From an uncultured Actinomycetes bacterium (GTDB taxonomy: Bacteria > Actinomycetota > UBA4738 > HRBIN12): a DNA stretch of 64,000 bases. The DNA lies in the NCBI GenBank assembly GCA_963704725.1, contig OY969934.1, positions 1,819,023-1,883,022 of the forward strand, in the 5' to 3' direction. Positions 1 through 8,695 of this stretch are shown here, in pieces (positions within the stretch are counted from its first letter, which is position 1; the number at the start of each line of letters is the position of its first letter). The position numbers were made by a program, and so were the translations under genes. The notes under the pieces are model-generated. The model was given only the letters and a program-made list of their open reading frames with translations, ran no database searches and had not been told where the DNA came from.

Positions 1-7
1 CACGGCC

Positions 8-1534
8 TCAGGAGACCCGGGCCGCGAACGCCGCCTGCGCCGAGTGCAGCAGGCCTTCGGTGCGATCCCGAAGGGCGTCGACCTCGGCCCGCAGTCCTGC
101 GGCGACGGACTCGTCCTTGAGACCGGCGGCGTTGATCGCGACGTTCGCCAGCGCCGAGTGCGCCGCGGCGTGCAGGACGTGCGCGGCCGAGACGCCGTCG
201 GAGGCCGCGTTGGCGTTGCCGAGCTCGGTCACGGTCTTCGCCACCTCGATCAGCGCGGCCGCCCGTTGGGCCACCTCGAGCGGGACCCGCGCCGCGCCCT
301 CGTACGCCCGCTGGATCGCGGCGCTGCGCTCGGCCCGCTGCCGGTCGTCGTCCTTCGGCAGCCGGAACGCCGCCATCACGTCGTCGAACGCTGCGGCGTC
401 GCGGTCGGCCAGCTCGAGGAAGGCGGGGCGGGCCGCCTCGGCCTCCTCCAGGTACGCGCGCATGCGGGGCTCGACGTCCTCGTACGCCTCCTTGCCGATC
501 GTGAGCCGGCACACCATCGAGATCAGGGCCGCGCCGGCCGCGCCGCTCACCGCCGCCACGGAGCCGCCGCCCGGGGTCGGCGAGTCCGAGGCCAGGCCGT
601 CGAGGAATCCCTCGATCGTCCGCGAGCCCACACCCTCCTCGTTCACGAGGGCCTCCAGGATCTGCGTGCGTGCATCGAATCCCTCCAGTCGTAAGTGGTC
701 GGGGTCGCCGGGGGCGAGCGCGGCCCGCGGGACGAGGCCGACGATCTCCGAGGAGACGATCCGACGGCCCCGCTCCCCGGCCAGCCTCGCCACCTCGTCG
801 AACGCGGTGCGCGCGGACGTCACGTCGACGTCCACGAGGTTCATCGAGACCGTGACGCCGCCGCGCTCGGGGACCTCGAAGCCGATCGCGCGGACCGCCG
901 GCAGCCCGCCGCTCGACTCGCGGACCGCGCGCGCGATGTCCTTCGCCTCCTCGACGGAGCCCTCGAGGTAGACGTTGAACGCCACGAGGGGCTTGCGCGC
1001 GCCCACGGCGGTCGCGCCGGCCTGGCCGATGCGAGCGGGCCCGAAGTCGGGGAGCCGCTCGCCGCGCTCGACCGCCTCGCGAAGGCCCTCGAGCTCACCG
1101 CGTCGGACCTCGGCCAGGCTGGCGCGCTCGGGCGTGAGGGCGGCGCGGTCGTACAGGTACACGGGCAGGTCGAGCGTCTCGGCCAGCTCGGCTCCGAACG
1201 CCCGGGCCAGCTCGACCACCTCGTCCATCGAGATCCCGCGTAGCGGCACGAACGGGATGACGTCCGCGGCCCCCATCCGGGGGTGGCCGCCCGAGTGGCA
1301 GTCCATGTCGATCAGCTCGACCGCCTTCGCCGCGCCGGCGAGGGCGCTGGCGCGGACGGCGTCCGGCGAGCCGACCACCGTGGTGTCGAGGCGGTGGTGC
1401 TCGGCGTCGGCCTGCCGGTAGACCAGGCGCGCGCCCCGGACGCTCGCCAGCGCGTCGCAGATCGCGTCGATCACCTCGGCGCGGCGGCCCTCGCTGAAGT
1501 TCGGCACGCAGACGACGAGCGCGTCGGGGTCCAT
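8..1534 (-). CDS. bifunctional glutamate formimidoyltransferase / formimidoyl-tetrahydrofolate cyclodeaminase (FTCD-like fusion)
   Basis: 508-aa ORF. The N-terminal part (VPNFSEGRR ... GGHPRMGAADVIPFVP) looks like a formiminotransferase. The C-terminal third (PTPGGGSVAAVSGAAGAALISMV) looks like a cyclodeaminase domain. Confidence 0.8.
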   Translation of the reverse strand: MDPDALVVCVPNFSEGRRAEVIDAICDALASVRGARLVYRQADAEHHRLDTTVVGSPDAVRASALAGAAKAVELIDMDCHSGGHPRMGAADVIPFVPLRGISMDEVVELARAFGAELAETLDLPVYLYDRAALTPERASLAEVRRGELEGLREAVERGERLPDFGPARIGQAGATAVGARKPLVAFNVYLEGSVEEAKDIARAVRESSGGLPAVRAIGFEVPERGGVTVSMNLVDVDVTSARTAFDEVARLAGERGRRIVSSEIVGLVPRAALAPGDPDHLRLEGFDARTQILEALVNEEGVGSRTIEGFLDGLASDSPTPGGGSVAAVSGAAGAALISMVCRLTIGKEAYEDVEPRMRAYLEEAEAARPAFLELADRDAAAFDDVMAAFRLPKDDDRQRAERSAAIQRAYEGAARVPLEVAQRAAALIEVAKTVTELGNANAASDGVSAAHVLHAAAHSALANVAINAAGLKDESVAAGLRAEVDALRDRTEGLLHSAQAAFAARVS

Positions 1535-1581
1535 CGCCGCGACAGCCTATCGGCCGGGCGCGACGGATAGGATGCCGGCCG

Positions 1582-2283
1582 ATGGTCTCGGAACCGCGCG
1601 TCGTCCCGCTCCACGTCGCCGACGTGCACCTGCCGGAGGGGGAGCGGTGGCCGGCGGGCAAGCCGTTCCCGATCCTGGCCCACGCCGTCACCCATCGCGA
1701 CGGCGTCTTCCTGTTCGACACCGGGATGGGCGGCGGCAATGCGGAGGTCGAGGAGCTCTTCTCGCCCGAGCGGTACCCACTGGAGGAGGCGCTCGCGGCG
1801 CACGGCATCGAGCTGGGGGACGTGACGGCCGCGGCCAACTGCCACCTGCACATCGACCACGGCGGTCAGAACGGGCTCCTGCCCGGCCGGCCGATCTTCG
1901 TGCAGCGGGCCGAGTGGGCCATGGTGCACGAGCCCGACTACACGGTCCCGGAGTGGGTGGACGTGCCCGGCCTCGCGTATGAGGTCCTCGACGGCGAGAC
2001 CGAGGTCGCGCCCGGGATCCGGGTGGTGCCGACGCCGGGGCACACGCCCGGCCATCAGTCGCTCGTGATCGAAGCCTCCTCCGGCAGGGTCGTGATCGCG
2101 GGCCAGGCGGTGCTGACGGTCGCCGAGTGGGAGGGCTCGACCGCGGCGACCGAGTCGGGCCTGCCGGCCGAGGGCGAGGACGGGCGCGAGGACTATCTGG
2201 CCTCGGTGGGGCGCCTGCGCGGCCTCGACCCGATCCGCGTGCACTTCGTCCACGACCCCACCGTCTGGGAGGCCCACACGTGA
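1582..2283 (+). CDS. MBL-fold metallo-hydrolase (lactonase-like)
   Basis: 233-aa ORF with the HxHxDH motif (CHLHIDHGG) and later TPGHTPGH. Its stop overlaps the next start (GTGA). Confidence 0.8.
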   Translation: MVSEPRVVPLHVADVHLPEGERWPAGKPFPILAHAVTHRDGVFLFDTGMGGGNAEVEELFSPERYPLEEALAAHGIELGDVTAAANCHLHIDHGGQNGLLPGRPIFVQRAEWAMVHEPDYTVPEWVDVPGLAYEVLDGETEVAPGIRVVPTPGHTPGHQSLVIEASSGRVVIAGQAVLTVAEWEGSTAATESGLPAEGEDGREDYLASVGRLRGLDPIRVHFVHDPTVWEAHT

Positions 2284-3383
2284 ACGCTCTGGAGCTGGCT
2301 CGCTCGTTCGTCGAGGACACGGTCCGACCGAATCTCGAGGCGTGGGATCAACAGGCCCGGTATCCGCGCGACGCGGTGCGAGCGTCGGGCCTCACCGGAC
2401 TGTTCGCGCCGGCCGAGTGGGGCGGGCTCGACCTGTCGTACCGCGAAGGCATGGACGTGTTCGAGGAGCTCGGCCGGGGAGACGCCTCGCTCGCGTTCTC
2501 GATGTCGATGCACAACGCGGTGACGGCCAACGTCACCCGTTCCGGCGACGAGGAGCTCGTGGGCGCGTGGGGCCGGCGCCTGACGAGCGGAGAGGCCCTC
2601 GGCGGCTTCTCGCTCACGGAGCCCCAGGCCGGCTCCGACGCCGCAGCGCTCACGACGCGCGCGGTGGAGACCACGGACGGCTGGCGCGTGACCGGGCGAA
2701 AGGCGTGGGTGTCGCTCGCCGGCGAGGCCGACCTGTTCCTCGTCGTGTGCAAGACGACGGGGGAGCCCGGCCACCGGGACATCGCGATGCTCGCCGTCGA
2801 ACGGGAGTCGGACGGCGTCTCGTTCCCCACGATCTACCGCAAGGCGGCCTCGGACTTCCTTCCGATCGGTGAGATGGCCCTGCAGGACGCGCCCGCACGG
2901 ATGTTCTCGCCCCCGGGGCAGGGCCTTCGTGCCGCGCTCGGCGCCATCGACGTGGCGCGGTGCGACATCGCGGCGATCGCGAACGGCCTGCACGCCGAGG
3001 CGCTCGACGTGGCGCTGCGGCACGCCCGCGATCGAGCGCTGCTCGGCGGGCGGGTGCTCGACCAGCAGGGGATCCAGTGGGCGCTCGCCGACGCCGAGAC
3101 CGACCTCGTCGCCGGGCGGTTGCTGACGCGGCGGGGGGCCGAGCTCCTCGGGACGCCGGAGGGATCGGTCGCCGTCGCCCACGCCAAGCGGTTCTGCCCG
3201 GATGCGGCGCTCCGGGCGGCGCTGCTCGCGAGCGAGGTGCTCGGCGCCTACGGGTGGCTGCTCGACCATCCGCTGGCCCGGCTCGTCGCGCTGGCGAAGA
3301 TGCTTCAGGTCGTCGACGGCACCACGGAGGTCCAGCGCGTCGTAATCGCGCGAGACCTGACCCGCCGCGCCGAGGGCCTCTAG
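2280..3383 (+). CDS. acyl-CoA dehydrogenase family protein
   Basis: In-frame GTG at 2280 overlaps the upstream stop. Sequence (LTEPQAGSDAAAL, YRKAASDFLPIGE, KMLQVVDGTTEVQR) has an ACAD-like architecture, about 367 aa. The track ORF from 2127 is an upstream over-extension. Confidence 0.85.
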   Translation: MNALELARSFVEDTVRPNLEAWDQQARYPRDAVRASGLTGLFAPAEWGGLDLSYREGMDVFEELGRGDASLAFSMSMHNAVTANVTRSGDEELVGAWGRRLTSGEALGGFSLTEPQAGSDAAALTTRAVETTDGWRVTGRKAWVSLAGEADLFLVVCKTTGEPGHRDIAMLAVERESDGVSFPTIYRKAASDFLPIGEMALQDAPARMFSPPGQGLRAALGAIDVARCDIAAIANGLHAEALDVALRHARDRALLGGRVLDQQGIQWALADAETDLVAGRLLTRRGAELLGTPEGSVAVAHAKRFCPDAALRAALLASEVLGAYGWLLDHPLARLVALAKMLQVVDGTTEVQRVVIARDLTRRAEGL

Positions 3384-3394
3384 CGAACCTCGGC

Positions 3395-3424
3395 TTGACC
3401 CCTGTCGGAGCCCGGGTGTACGGT
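3395..3424 (+). promoter_or_regulatory. candidate promoter: TTGACC(3395-3400)-N18-TACGGT(3419-3424), also readable as TGTCGGAG-N8-TACGGT (RecA-NDp-like)
   Basis: Hexamers read directly from the sequence. The -10 fits the actinobacterial TANNNT pattern and lies 13 nt upstream of the LexA box. Confidence 0.4.
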
Positions 3425-3436
3425 TCGATCTCTCCC

Positions 3437-3452
3437 TCGAACATACGTTCGA
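3437..3452. promoter_or_regulatory. LexA SOS box TCGAACATACGTTCGA
   Basis: Perfect 16-nt palindrome matching the actinobacterial/mycobacterial SOS box TCGAAC-N4-GTTCGA. It sits 41 nt upstream of the first ORF of the dnaE2 operon. Confidence 0.85.
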
Positions 3453-3492
3453 TTCCTTCGCGGGAGGTGGTGACCGGGGGTCGAGGCGGCGC

Positions 3493-3744
3493 ATGTCCAA
3501 GCGCTACGACGAGGAGGTCGAGGTCCGGGTCGAGCAGGACGCCGGCATGCCCGCGGCGTTCGTCTGGCGGGGGCGGCGCTACGAGGTCGCCGACGTGATC
3601 GGGCGGTGGCGGATCGAAGGACGGTGGTGGGCCGACGGCCGCGACCGCGAGTACTGGCGCGTCGAGGCTCGCGGCGGTGCGGTGTGGGACCTGTACCACG
3701 ACCGGCTGGCCAGCCGGTGGCACCTGGAGCGGTTGTGGGACTGA
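3493..3744 (+). CDS. small W/R-rich conserved hypothetical protein (possibly DUF6504-like), first gene of the dnaE2 operon
   Basis: 83-aa ORF with GAGG 6 nt upstream of the ATG and very high third-position GC. Its stop is immediately followed by the dnaE2 GTG (TGAGTG). Motif FVWRGRRYEV..V.GRWR...RWW ... EYWRVEA ... WDLY. Confidence 0.7.
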   Translation: MSKRYDEEVEVRVEQDAGMPAAFVWRGRRYEVADVIGRWRIEGRWWADGRDREYWRVEARGGAVWDLYHDRLASRWHLERLWD

Positions 3745-6700
3745 GTGGACGTGGATCACGCGTTCGTCCACCTCGACGTCCGGTCCTACTTCTCCATTAA
3801 GGAGGGGGCGTTCTCGCCCGAAGCGCTGGCGCGCCGGGCGGCCGAACTCGAGATGCCGGCCGTGGCGCTCACCGATCGCGACGGCCTGTACGGCGCCGCG
3901 CGGTTCGTCGACGCGTGCGGGCGCGAGGGCGTCCGCCCCATCCTCGGGTCCTCGCTCACCGTGCGCGAAGGCGGGACGCTGCCGCTGCCGCGGATCGGCC
4001 GGAAGCCGGCCGACGCGAGCGTGCTCGTCCTCGCCCGGGACGCGACGGGCTACGCCAACCTGTGCCGGCTCGTCACCGACGCGCACGTGGCCGGCGAGCG
4101 CGGTGACCCCTCGCTCACCCCCGAGCAGGTCTGCGCGCACGCCGGCGGCCTCGTCGCGCTCCTCGGGCCGGCCTCGCCGCCCGGCGAGCTCGCGCACGCC
4201 GGGCGGATCGACGCCGCCCGCCGCGCGCTCGACCCGTACCGGGAGGCGTTCGGCGACCGACTGTTCGTGGCGGTCCAGCACCGCCTCGAGGAGGGCTCGC
4301 CGCGTGAGATCCGGGCCCTGCTCCGGCTGGCCGAGCGCGCCGAGGTCCGCCCCGTGGCGACGAACCCGGTCCGCTACCTCGTGCCCGAGGACGCCTTCCT
4401 CGCCGACGCGCTCGAGTGCATGCGCGAGCTCGTGCCCGTCAACCGCACCAACGTCTCGCGCCGCAACGCCGAGGGTTGGCTGAAGCCGGCCGCCGAGATG
4501 CGCGCGCTGTTCGCCGAGCGCCCCGACCTGGTCACCACCACGCTCGAGATCGCCGAGTCGTGCCGCTTCGATCTCGGCCTTCGCACGGTGCGGTTCCCCG
4601 ACTTCCCAACGCCGGCCGGCCGCTCGGCCTCGAGCGTGCTCGCCGAGCGCTGCTGGCGCGGCCTGAAGCGCCGGGGGATGCGAGCCACTTCCGGTGTGAA
4701 GGACCGGCTGAACCACGAGCTGGCGATGATCCACCGGCTTGGGTACTCGGCGTACTTCCTCACGGTCGCCGACATCGTGGCCGACGTCCGGGCCATGGGG
4801 ATCCGGTGCGCGTGCCGGGGGAGCGCCACCGGCTCGCTCGTGTGCTACCTGAGCGGGATCTCCGACGTCGACGCGGTCCGCCACGACCTGACGTTCGAGC
4901 GGTTCCTGAACCCGATGCGTGACGAGCTCCCGGACATCGACGTCGACGTCGAGTCGGCCCGGCGGGAGGACGTCTACGACATGGTGCTCTCGCGCTATGG
5001 CGACGACCGGTGCGCGTGCGTGGCGATGGTGGACACGTACCGCGCCCGGGCCGCCGTCCGCGAGGTGGGCAAGGCGCTCGGGCTGCCCGAGACCGAGGTC
5101 GACACCGTAGCCAAGGCGTTCCCCCACATCGGCGCGAAGGACCTGCAGGCGGCGATCGAACGCCTGCCCGAGCTGGCGGGCTCGAACCTGAACGGCGGCC
5201 AGCTCGGGCTGCTGTTCCGGGTGGCCGAGCGGCTCGACGGCTTCCCCCGCCACATCGCGCTCCACCCCTCGGGCATCGTGCTCTCGAACGACGAGCTCAC
5301 CACCCGGGTCCCGCTCGAGCGTTCCTTCCAGGGGTACCGGGTGATCCAGGCCGACAAGGACGACGTGGAGCTCCTCGGCTACCTCAAGCTCGACGTGCTC
5401 GGCGTGCGGATGCTCTCGTCGATGCGCCATGCCCTGGACGAGATCGCCCGTACCGAGCACCGCAAGGTCGACCTCGACCGGATCCCGCTCGACGACGAGC
5501 CGACCTTCGAGCTGATCCGGGCCTCCGACACGCTGGGGTGCTTCCAGATCGAGAGCCCCGGCCAGCGCGAACTCCTGCAGAAGCTCCAGCCCACGCGGTG
5601 GGAGGACCTGATCGTCGACATCTCGCTGTTCCGCCCCGGGCCGGTGAAGTCGGACATGATCAACCCGTTCCTCCGTCGGCGCCACGGCATGGAGCGCCCC
5701 ACGTACGCCCACCCGGCGTTGCGGCCCGCGCTGCGGGAGACGTTCGGCGTGATCGTCTACCACGAGCAGGTCATGCGGACCCTCGCCGCCATCGCCGGCT
5801 ACAACCTGACCGAGGCCGACTTCATCCGCCGCCACCTCGGCCGCGACGACCTGCTGCCGAAGCTCCGCGAGGACTTCGTTCGCCGCGCGAGCGCCCGTGG
5901 CATCCCCGATGACGTCGCCGCCGGGGTCTGGGGCGACGTGGCCGAGTTCGCGAGCTTCGGGTTCTGCAAGGCCCACGCCGCGGCCTTCGCCGTGCCGACG
6001 TACCAGTCCGCGTGGCTGAAGACCCACTACCCGGCGCACTTCCTCGCCGGGGTCCTCACGCACGACCCGGGCATGTACCCGCGACGGCTGATCCTGGAGG
6101 ACGCACGGCTCCACGGGATCCCCATCCTCCCGCTCGACGTGAACGCGTCGGAGCCGGAGTACGTGGTGGAGGGGGTCGCGGGGGAGCCGCGTCCGGTCGC
6201 GGCGTCGGGGAGGCGCGCTGAGGTCGGGGGTCCGGACCGGGCTGCTCGTCTCCGCCTTCGCCAGGGGTCCGTGCTCCTCGACGCCCGTCGGCTGCGGCTC
6301 CGCTCGACGACGCCCGGTCCGGACCCCTCCCCGCGCGCCGTCGCCGACGTCTCGACCGACGTGGAACGCCCCGCCTACGGGATCCGACTCGCGTTGCAGG
6401 ACGTGCACGGGATCTCAGACGGCGAGATCCGGTCGATCCTCCAGGCCCGCGCAGATCGTCTCTTCCGCGACGTGGGCGACTTCCTGCGTCGCACCTCCGT
6501 GTCTCGGCCGGTCGTGGAGGCGCTCGCGCACGCCGGTGGGTTCGACGCCATCGACCGCGGCACCCGCCGCGACCGCCTCTACACCGCCATGACCACCGCC
6601 CCCCAACGCGAAGGCGACCAACTCACCTTCGACGTCCACCAACCCCCGCGAACCGAGGAGCCCGCCGGCGGTGACCCGCGGGTCACGAGCCGGAGTGAAT

Positions 6701-7398
6701 CCACGCGGGAGCGGCCCACGGAGCGAGGAACGGACACGGCAGGTGGCGGGGATGCCGCGGAGGGGTCGGGGAGGAGGAGCGAAGCCCGACGGCACCATCT
6801 CGAGCACGAGCCCCTGGGCGAAGCGACGAAGGAACCGCGACCCCGCAGCGGCATCCCCGCCACCACCCCGGCGATCTCTCTCCCCGAGTACTCCGACGCC
6901 GAGCGTGTGAGAGCCGAGCTCGAGGTCCTCGGCCTCGACGCCAGCCGCCACCTCGTGAGCTTCTTCGAGCCCCTGATCGCCGACCTCGGCGCCACGCGCG
7001 CGGGCGACCTGTGGCGCTGCCGCGCCGGCGAGCGCGTGATGGTGGTCGGGGTGAAGGTGGCCTCACAGACCCCGGCGATCAAGAGCGGCCAGCGGATCAT
7101 CTTCCTCACGCTCGACGACTCGACGGGGCCCGTCGAGGTCACCGTGTTCGAGAGCGTGCAGCCCAAGGTGGCCAAGACGGTCTTCCACTCGCTCGTCTTG
7201 GCCGTGGCGGGGACCGTTCGGCGGACGGGCCGAAGGGGCGCGTCGGTGATCGCGGAGGACGTGTGGGACCTCGTCGCGCTGCATCGCGCCAGGCTCGAGG
7301 GCCGTCTTTCCGAGGCGCTCGCGCACGAGGGGCCGGGCGGGTCGGGGAGGGTCCCGCGGAAGATCTGGCATTCGAGCGGAGGGTCGGCCGGCCGATGA
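3745..7398 (+). CDS. dnaE2: error-prone DNA polymerase III alpha-like subunit DnaE2
   Basis: 1217 aa. Pol III alpha palm motifs are present (LPDIDVDVE, YLKLDVLGVRML, FQIESPGQRELL), as is the C-terminal OB region. It is a second dnaE paralog in the window and is preceded by a LexA box. Confidence 0.9.
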   Translation: MDVDHAFVHLDVRSYFSIKEGAFSPEALARRAAELEMPAVALTDRDGLYGAARFVDACGREGVRPILGSSLTVREGGTLPLPRIGRKPADASVLVLARDATGYANLCRLVTDAHVAGERGDPSLTPEQVCAHAGGLVALLGPASPPGELAHAGRIDAARRALDPYREAFGDRLFVAVQHRLEEGSPREIRALLRLAERAEVRPVATNPVRYLVPEDAFLADALECMRELVPVNRTNVSRRNAEGWLKPAAEMRALFAERPDLVTTTLEIAESCRFDLGLRTVRFPDFPTPAGRSASSVLAERCWRGLKRRGMRATSGVKDRLNHELAMIHRLGYSAYFLTVADIVADVRAMGIRCACRGSATGSLVCYLSGISDVDAVRHDLTFERFLNPMRDELPDIDVDVESARREDVYDMVLSRYGDDRCACVAMVDTYRARAAVREVGKALGLPETEVDTVAKAFPHIGAKDLQAAIERLPELAGSNLNGGQLGLLFRVAERLDGFPRHIALHPSGIVLSNDELTTRVPLERSFQGYRVIQADKDDVELLGYLKLDVLGVRMLSSMRHALDEIARTEHRKVDLDRIPLDDEPTFELIRASDTLGCFQIESPGQRELLQKLQPTRWEDLIVDISLFRPGPVKSDMINPFLRRRHGMERPTYAHPALRPALRETFGVIVYHEQVMRTLAAIAGYNLTEADFIRRHLGRDDLLPKLREDFVRRASARGIPDDVAAGVWGDVAEFASFGFCKAHAAAFAVPTYQSAWLKTHYPAHFLAGVLTHDPGMYPRRLILEDARLHGIPILPLDVNASEPEYVVEGVAGEPRPVAASGRRAEVGGPDRAARLRLRQGSVLLDARRLRLRSTTPGPDPSPRAVADVSTDVERPAYGIRLALQDVHGISDGEIRSILQARADRLFRDVGDFLRRTSVSRPVVEALAHAGGFDAIDRGTRRDRLYTAMTTAPQREGDQLTFDVHQPPRTEEPAGGDPRVTSRSESTRERPTERGTDTAGGGDAAEGSGRRSEARRHHLEHEPLGEATKEPRPRSGIPATTPAISLPEYSDAERVRAELEVLGLDASRHLVSFFEPLIADLGATRAGDLWRCRAGERVMVVGVKVASQTPAIKSGQRIIFLTLDDSTGPVEVTVFESVQPKVAKTVFHSLVLAVAGTVRRTGRRGASVIAEDVWDLVALHRARLEGRLSEALAHEGPGGSGRVPRKIWHSSGGSAGR
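6227..6327. repeat. perfect 15-bp inverted repeat (GGGGTCCGGACCGGG / CCCGGTCCGGACCCC) with a 71-nt spacer inside dnaE2
   Basis: Arms at 6227-6241 and 6313-6327, read directly. Each arm contains the palindrome GGTCCGGACC. Confidence 0.8.
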
Positions 7399-8663
7399 CC
7401 GCGCAGCGCACCGCGGGGGTACGCTCGGCCCCGATGCCCTCATCGCCGATCCTCGAGCCGATCCTCCACGTCGACCTCGACGCCTTCTACGCATCGGTGG
7501 AGGTGCTCAAGGATCCCGCCCTCGCCGGCCGGCCGGTCGCCGTCGGCGGTGCCGGGACGCGCGGCGTGGTGATGTCGGCCTCGTACGAGGCGCGCGCGTA
7601 CGGGATCCGCAGCGCGATGCCCGCCGTTCGCGCCCGGCGCCTGTGCCCGGACGTGGTCTTCGTCCCCCCCGACTTCGAGTCCTACCAGGCCCACTCCAAC
7701 CGATTCCGCGAGGTCCTGTTGGCCGTGACGCCCCTCGTCGAGCCGATCTCCCTCGACGAGGCGTTCCTCGACGTCTCCGGTGCCTATCTGCTGTTCGGGG
7801 AGCCGGCGGCGATCGGGGAGCGGATCCGGCGCTCGGTGCACCAGGAGGTGGGGGTCTCCTGCTCGGTCGGCGTGGGGCCCTCCAAGCTCGTGGCGAAGCT
7901 CGCGTCGCGCCGGGCCAAGCCCGACGGCCTGGTGTCCGTGCCGGCCGGCGAGGTCGAAGCCTTCCTCGACCCGCTGCCCGCCCGGGCCATGTGGGGGGTC
8001 GGTGAGAAGACGATGGAGATCCTGTCTCGACTCGGCGTGCGCACGGTCGGCGATCTGGGCCGGACGCCGCCCGTGGTGCTGGCCAGGCTCATCGGGGACC
8101 AGCACGCCCGAGACCTCATCGACCTCGCCCGCGGCCTCGACGTCCGCGCCGTGGTGCCCTACGAGACCCCGAAGTCGGTGAGCCACGAGGAGACGTTCGA
8201 CCGAGACCTCGACGACGAGGGCGAGCTCCTGCGCGAGATCCTGTCGCTCTCCCAGCGGGTGGGGGCCCGCCTGCGGGCGGACGGGTACCGGGCCCGAACG
8301 ATCACGCTCAAGGTCCGCCTGGCCAACTTCACGACGCTCACCCGATCGCGGACGATCGACCCCCCGACCGACGTGGCGGCCGACCTCTACCACGTGACCT
8401 CCGAGCTGTTCCGGGCGCTGCCGGGCGCGCGCCGCCGGATCCGGCTCCTCGGCGTGGCGGGCACGGGACTGGTCGCGGCGGGGGAGGAGCAGCTGGCCCT
8501 GCTGCGGGGCGAGCGGTGGAGCGACGTCGAACGGGCGGTGGACCGGATCGAGAAGCGGTTCGGCCGGGGGAGCGCGATGCCGGCCGCCCTCCTGGATCGG
8601 CAGAAGGAGCCGGGGAAAGGAGCAGGCCCCAGGCTCTTCCCGAACGCAGGGGCGTTTCTATAA
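7395..8663 (+). CDS. dinB: DNA polymerase IV (Y-family, catalytically intact DinB type)
   Basis: ATG at 7395 overlaps the dnaE2 stop (ATGA); an alternative ATG lies at 7434. Motifs: ILHVDLDAFYASVE, SYEARAYGI, SLDEAFLDVSG. Confidence 0.9.
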   Translation: MTAQRTAGVRSAPMPSSPILEPILHVDLDAFYASVEVLKDPALAGRPVAVGGAGTRGVVMSASYEARAYGIRSAMPAVRARRLCPDVVFVPPDFESYQAHSNRFREVLLAVTPLVEPISLDEAFLDVSGAYLLFGEPAAIGERIRRSVHQEVGVSCSVGVGPSKLVAKLASRRAKPDGLVSVPAGEVEAFLDPLPARAMWGVGEKTMEILSRLGVRTVGDLGRTPPVVLARLIGDQHARDLIDLARGLDVRAVVPYETPKSVSHEETFDRDLDDEGELLREILSLSQRVGARLRADGYRARTITLKVRLANFTTLTRSRTIDPPTDVAADLYHVTSELFRALPGARRRIRLLGVAGTGLVAAGEEQLALLRGERWSDVERAVDRIEKRFGRGSAMPAALLDRQKEPGKGAGPRLFPNAGAFL

Positions 8664-8664
8664 T
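8659..8664 (+). promoter_or_regulatory. candidate -10 hexamer TATAAT for the DUF3040 gene
   Basis: Perfect TATAAT overlapping the dinB stop codon, 32 nt upstream of the ATG at 8696. GGAGG lies at 8680-8684, with GAGGA at 8681-8685. No good -35 was found. Confidence 0.3.
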
Positions 8665-8695
8665 CGGAACCGACGGACGGAGGAACGCAGGGCCC

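Noticed and set aside
2650-6408. 1252-aa ORF on the minus strand
   Set aside because: It is antisense to acyl-CoA dehydrogenase, the small ORF and dnaE2. The translation is Arg/Pro/Gly-rich with no recognisable motifs, while the plus-strand genes carry clear catalytic motifs. This is a typical long antisense ORF of high-GC DNA.
6671-6686. 16-nt perfect palindrome GTGACCCGCGGGTCAC inside dnaE2
   Set aside because: About one such palindrome is expected by chance in 64 kb of GC-rich DNA. It is single and has no partner or context.
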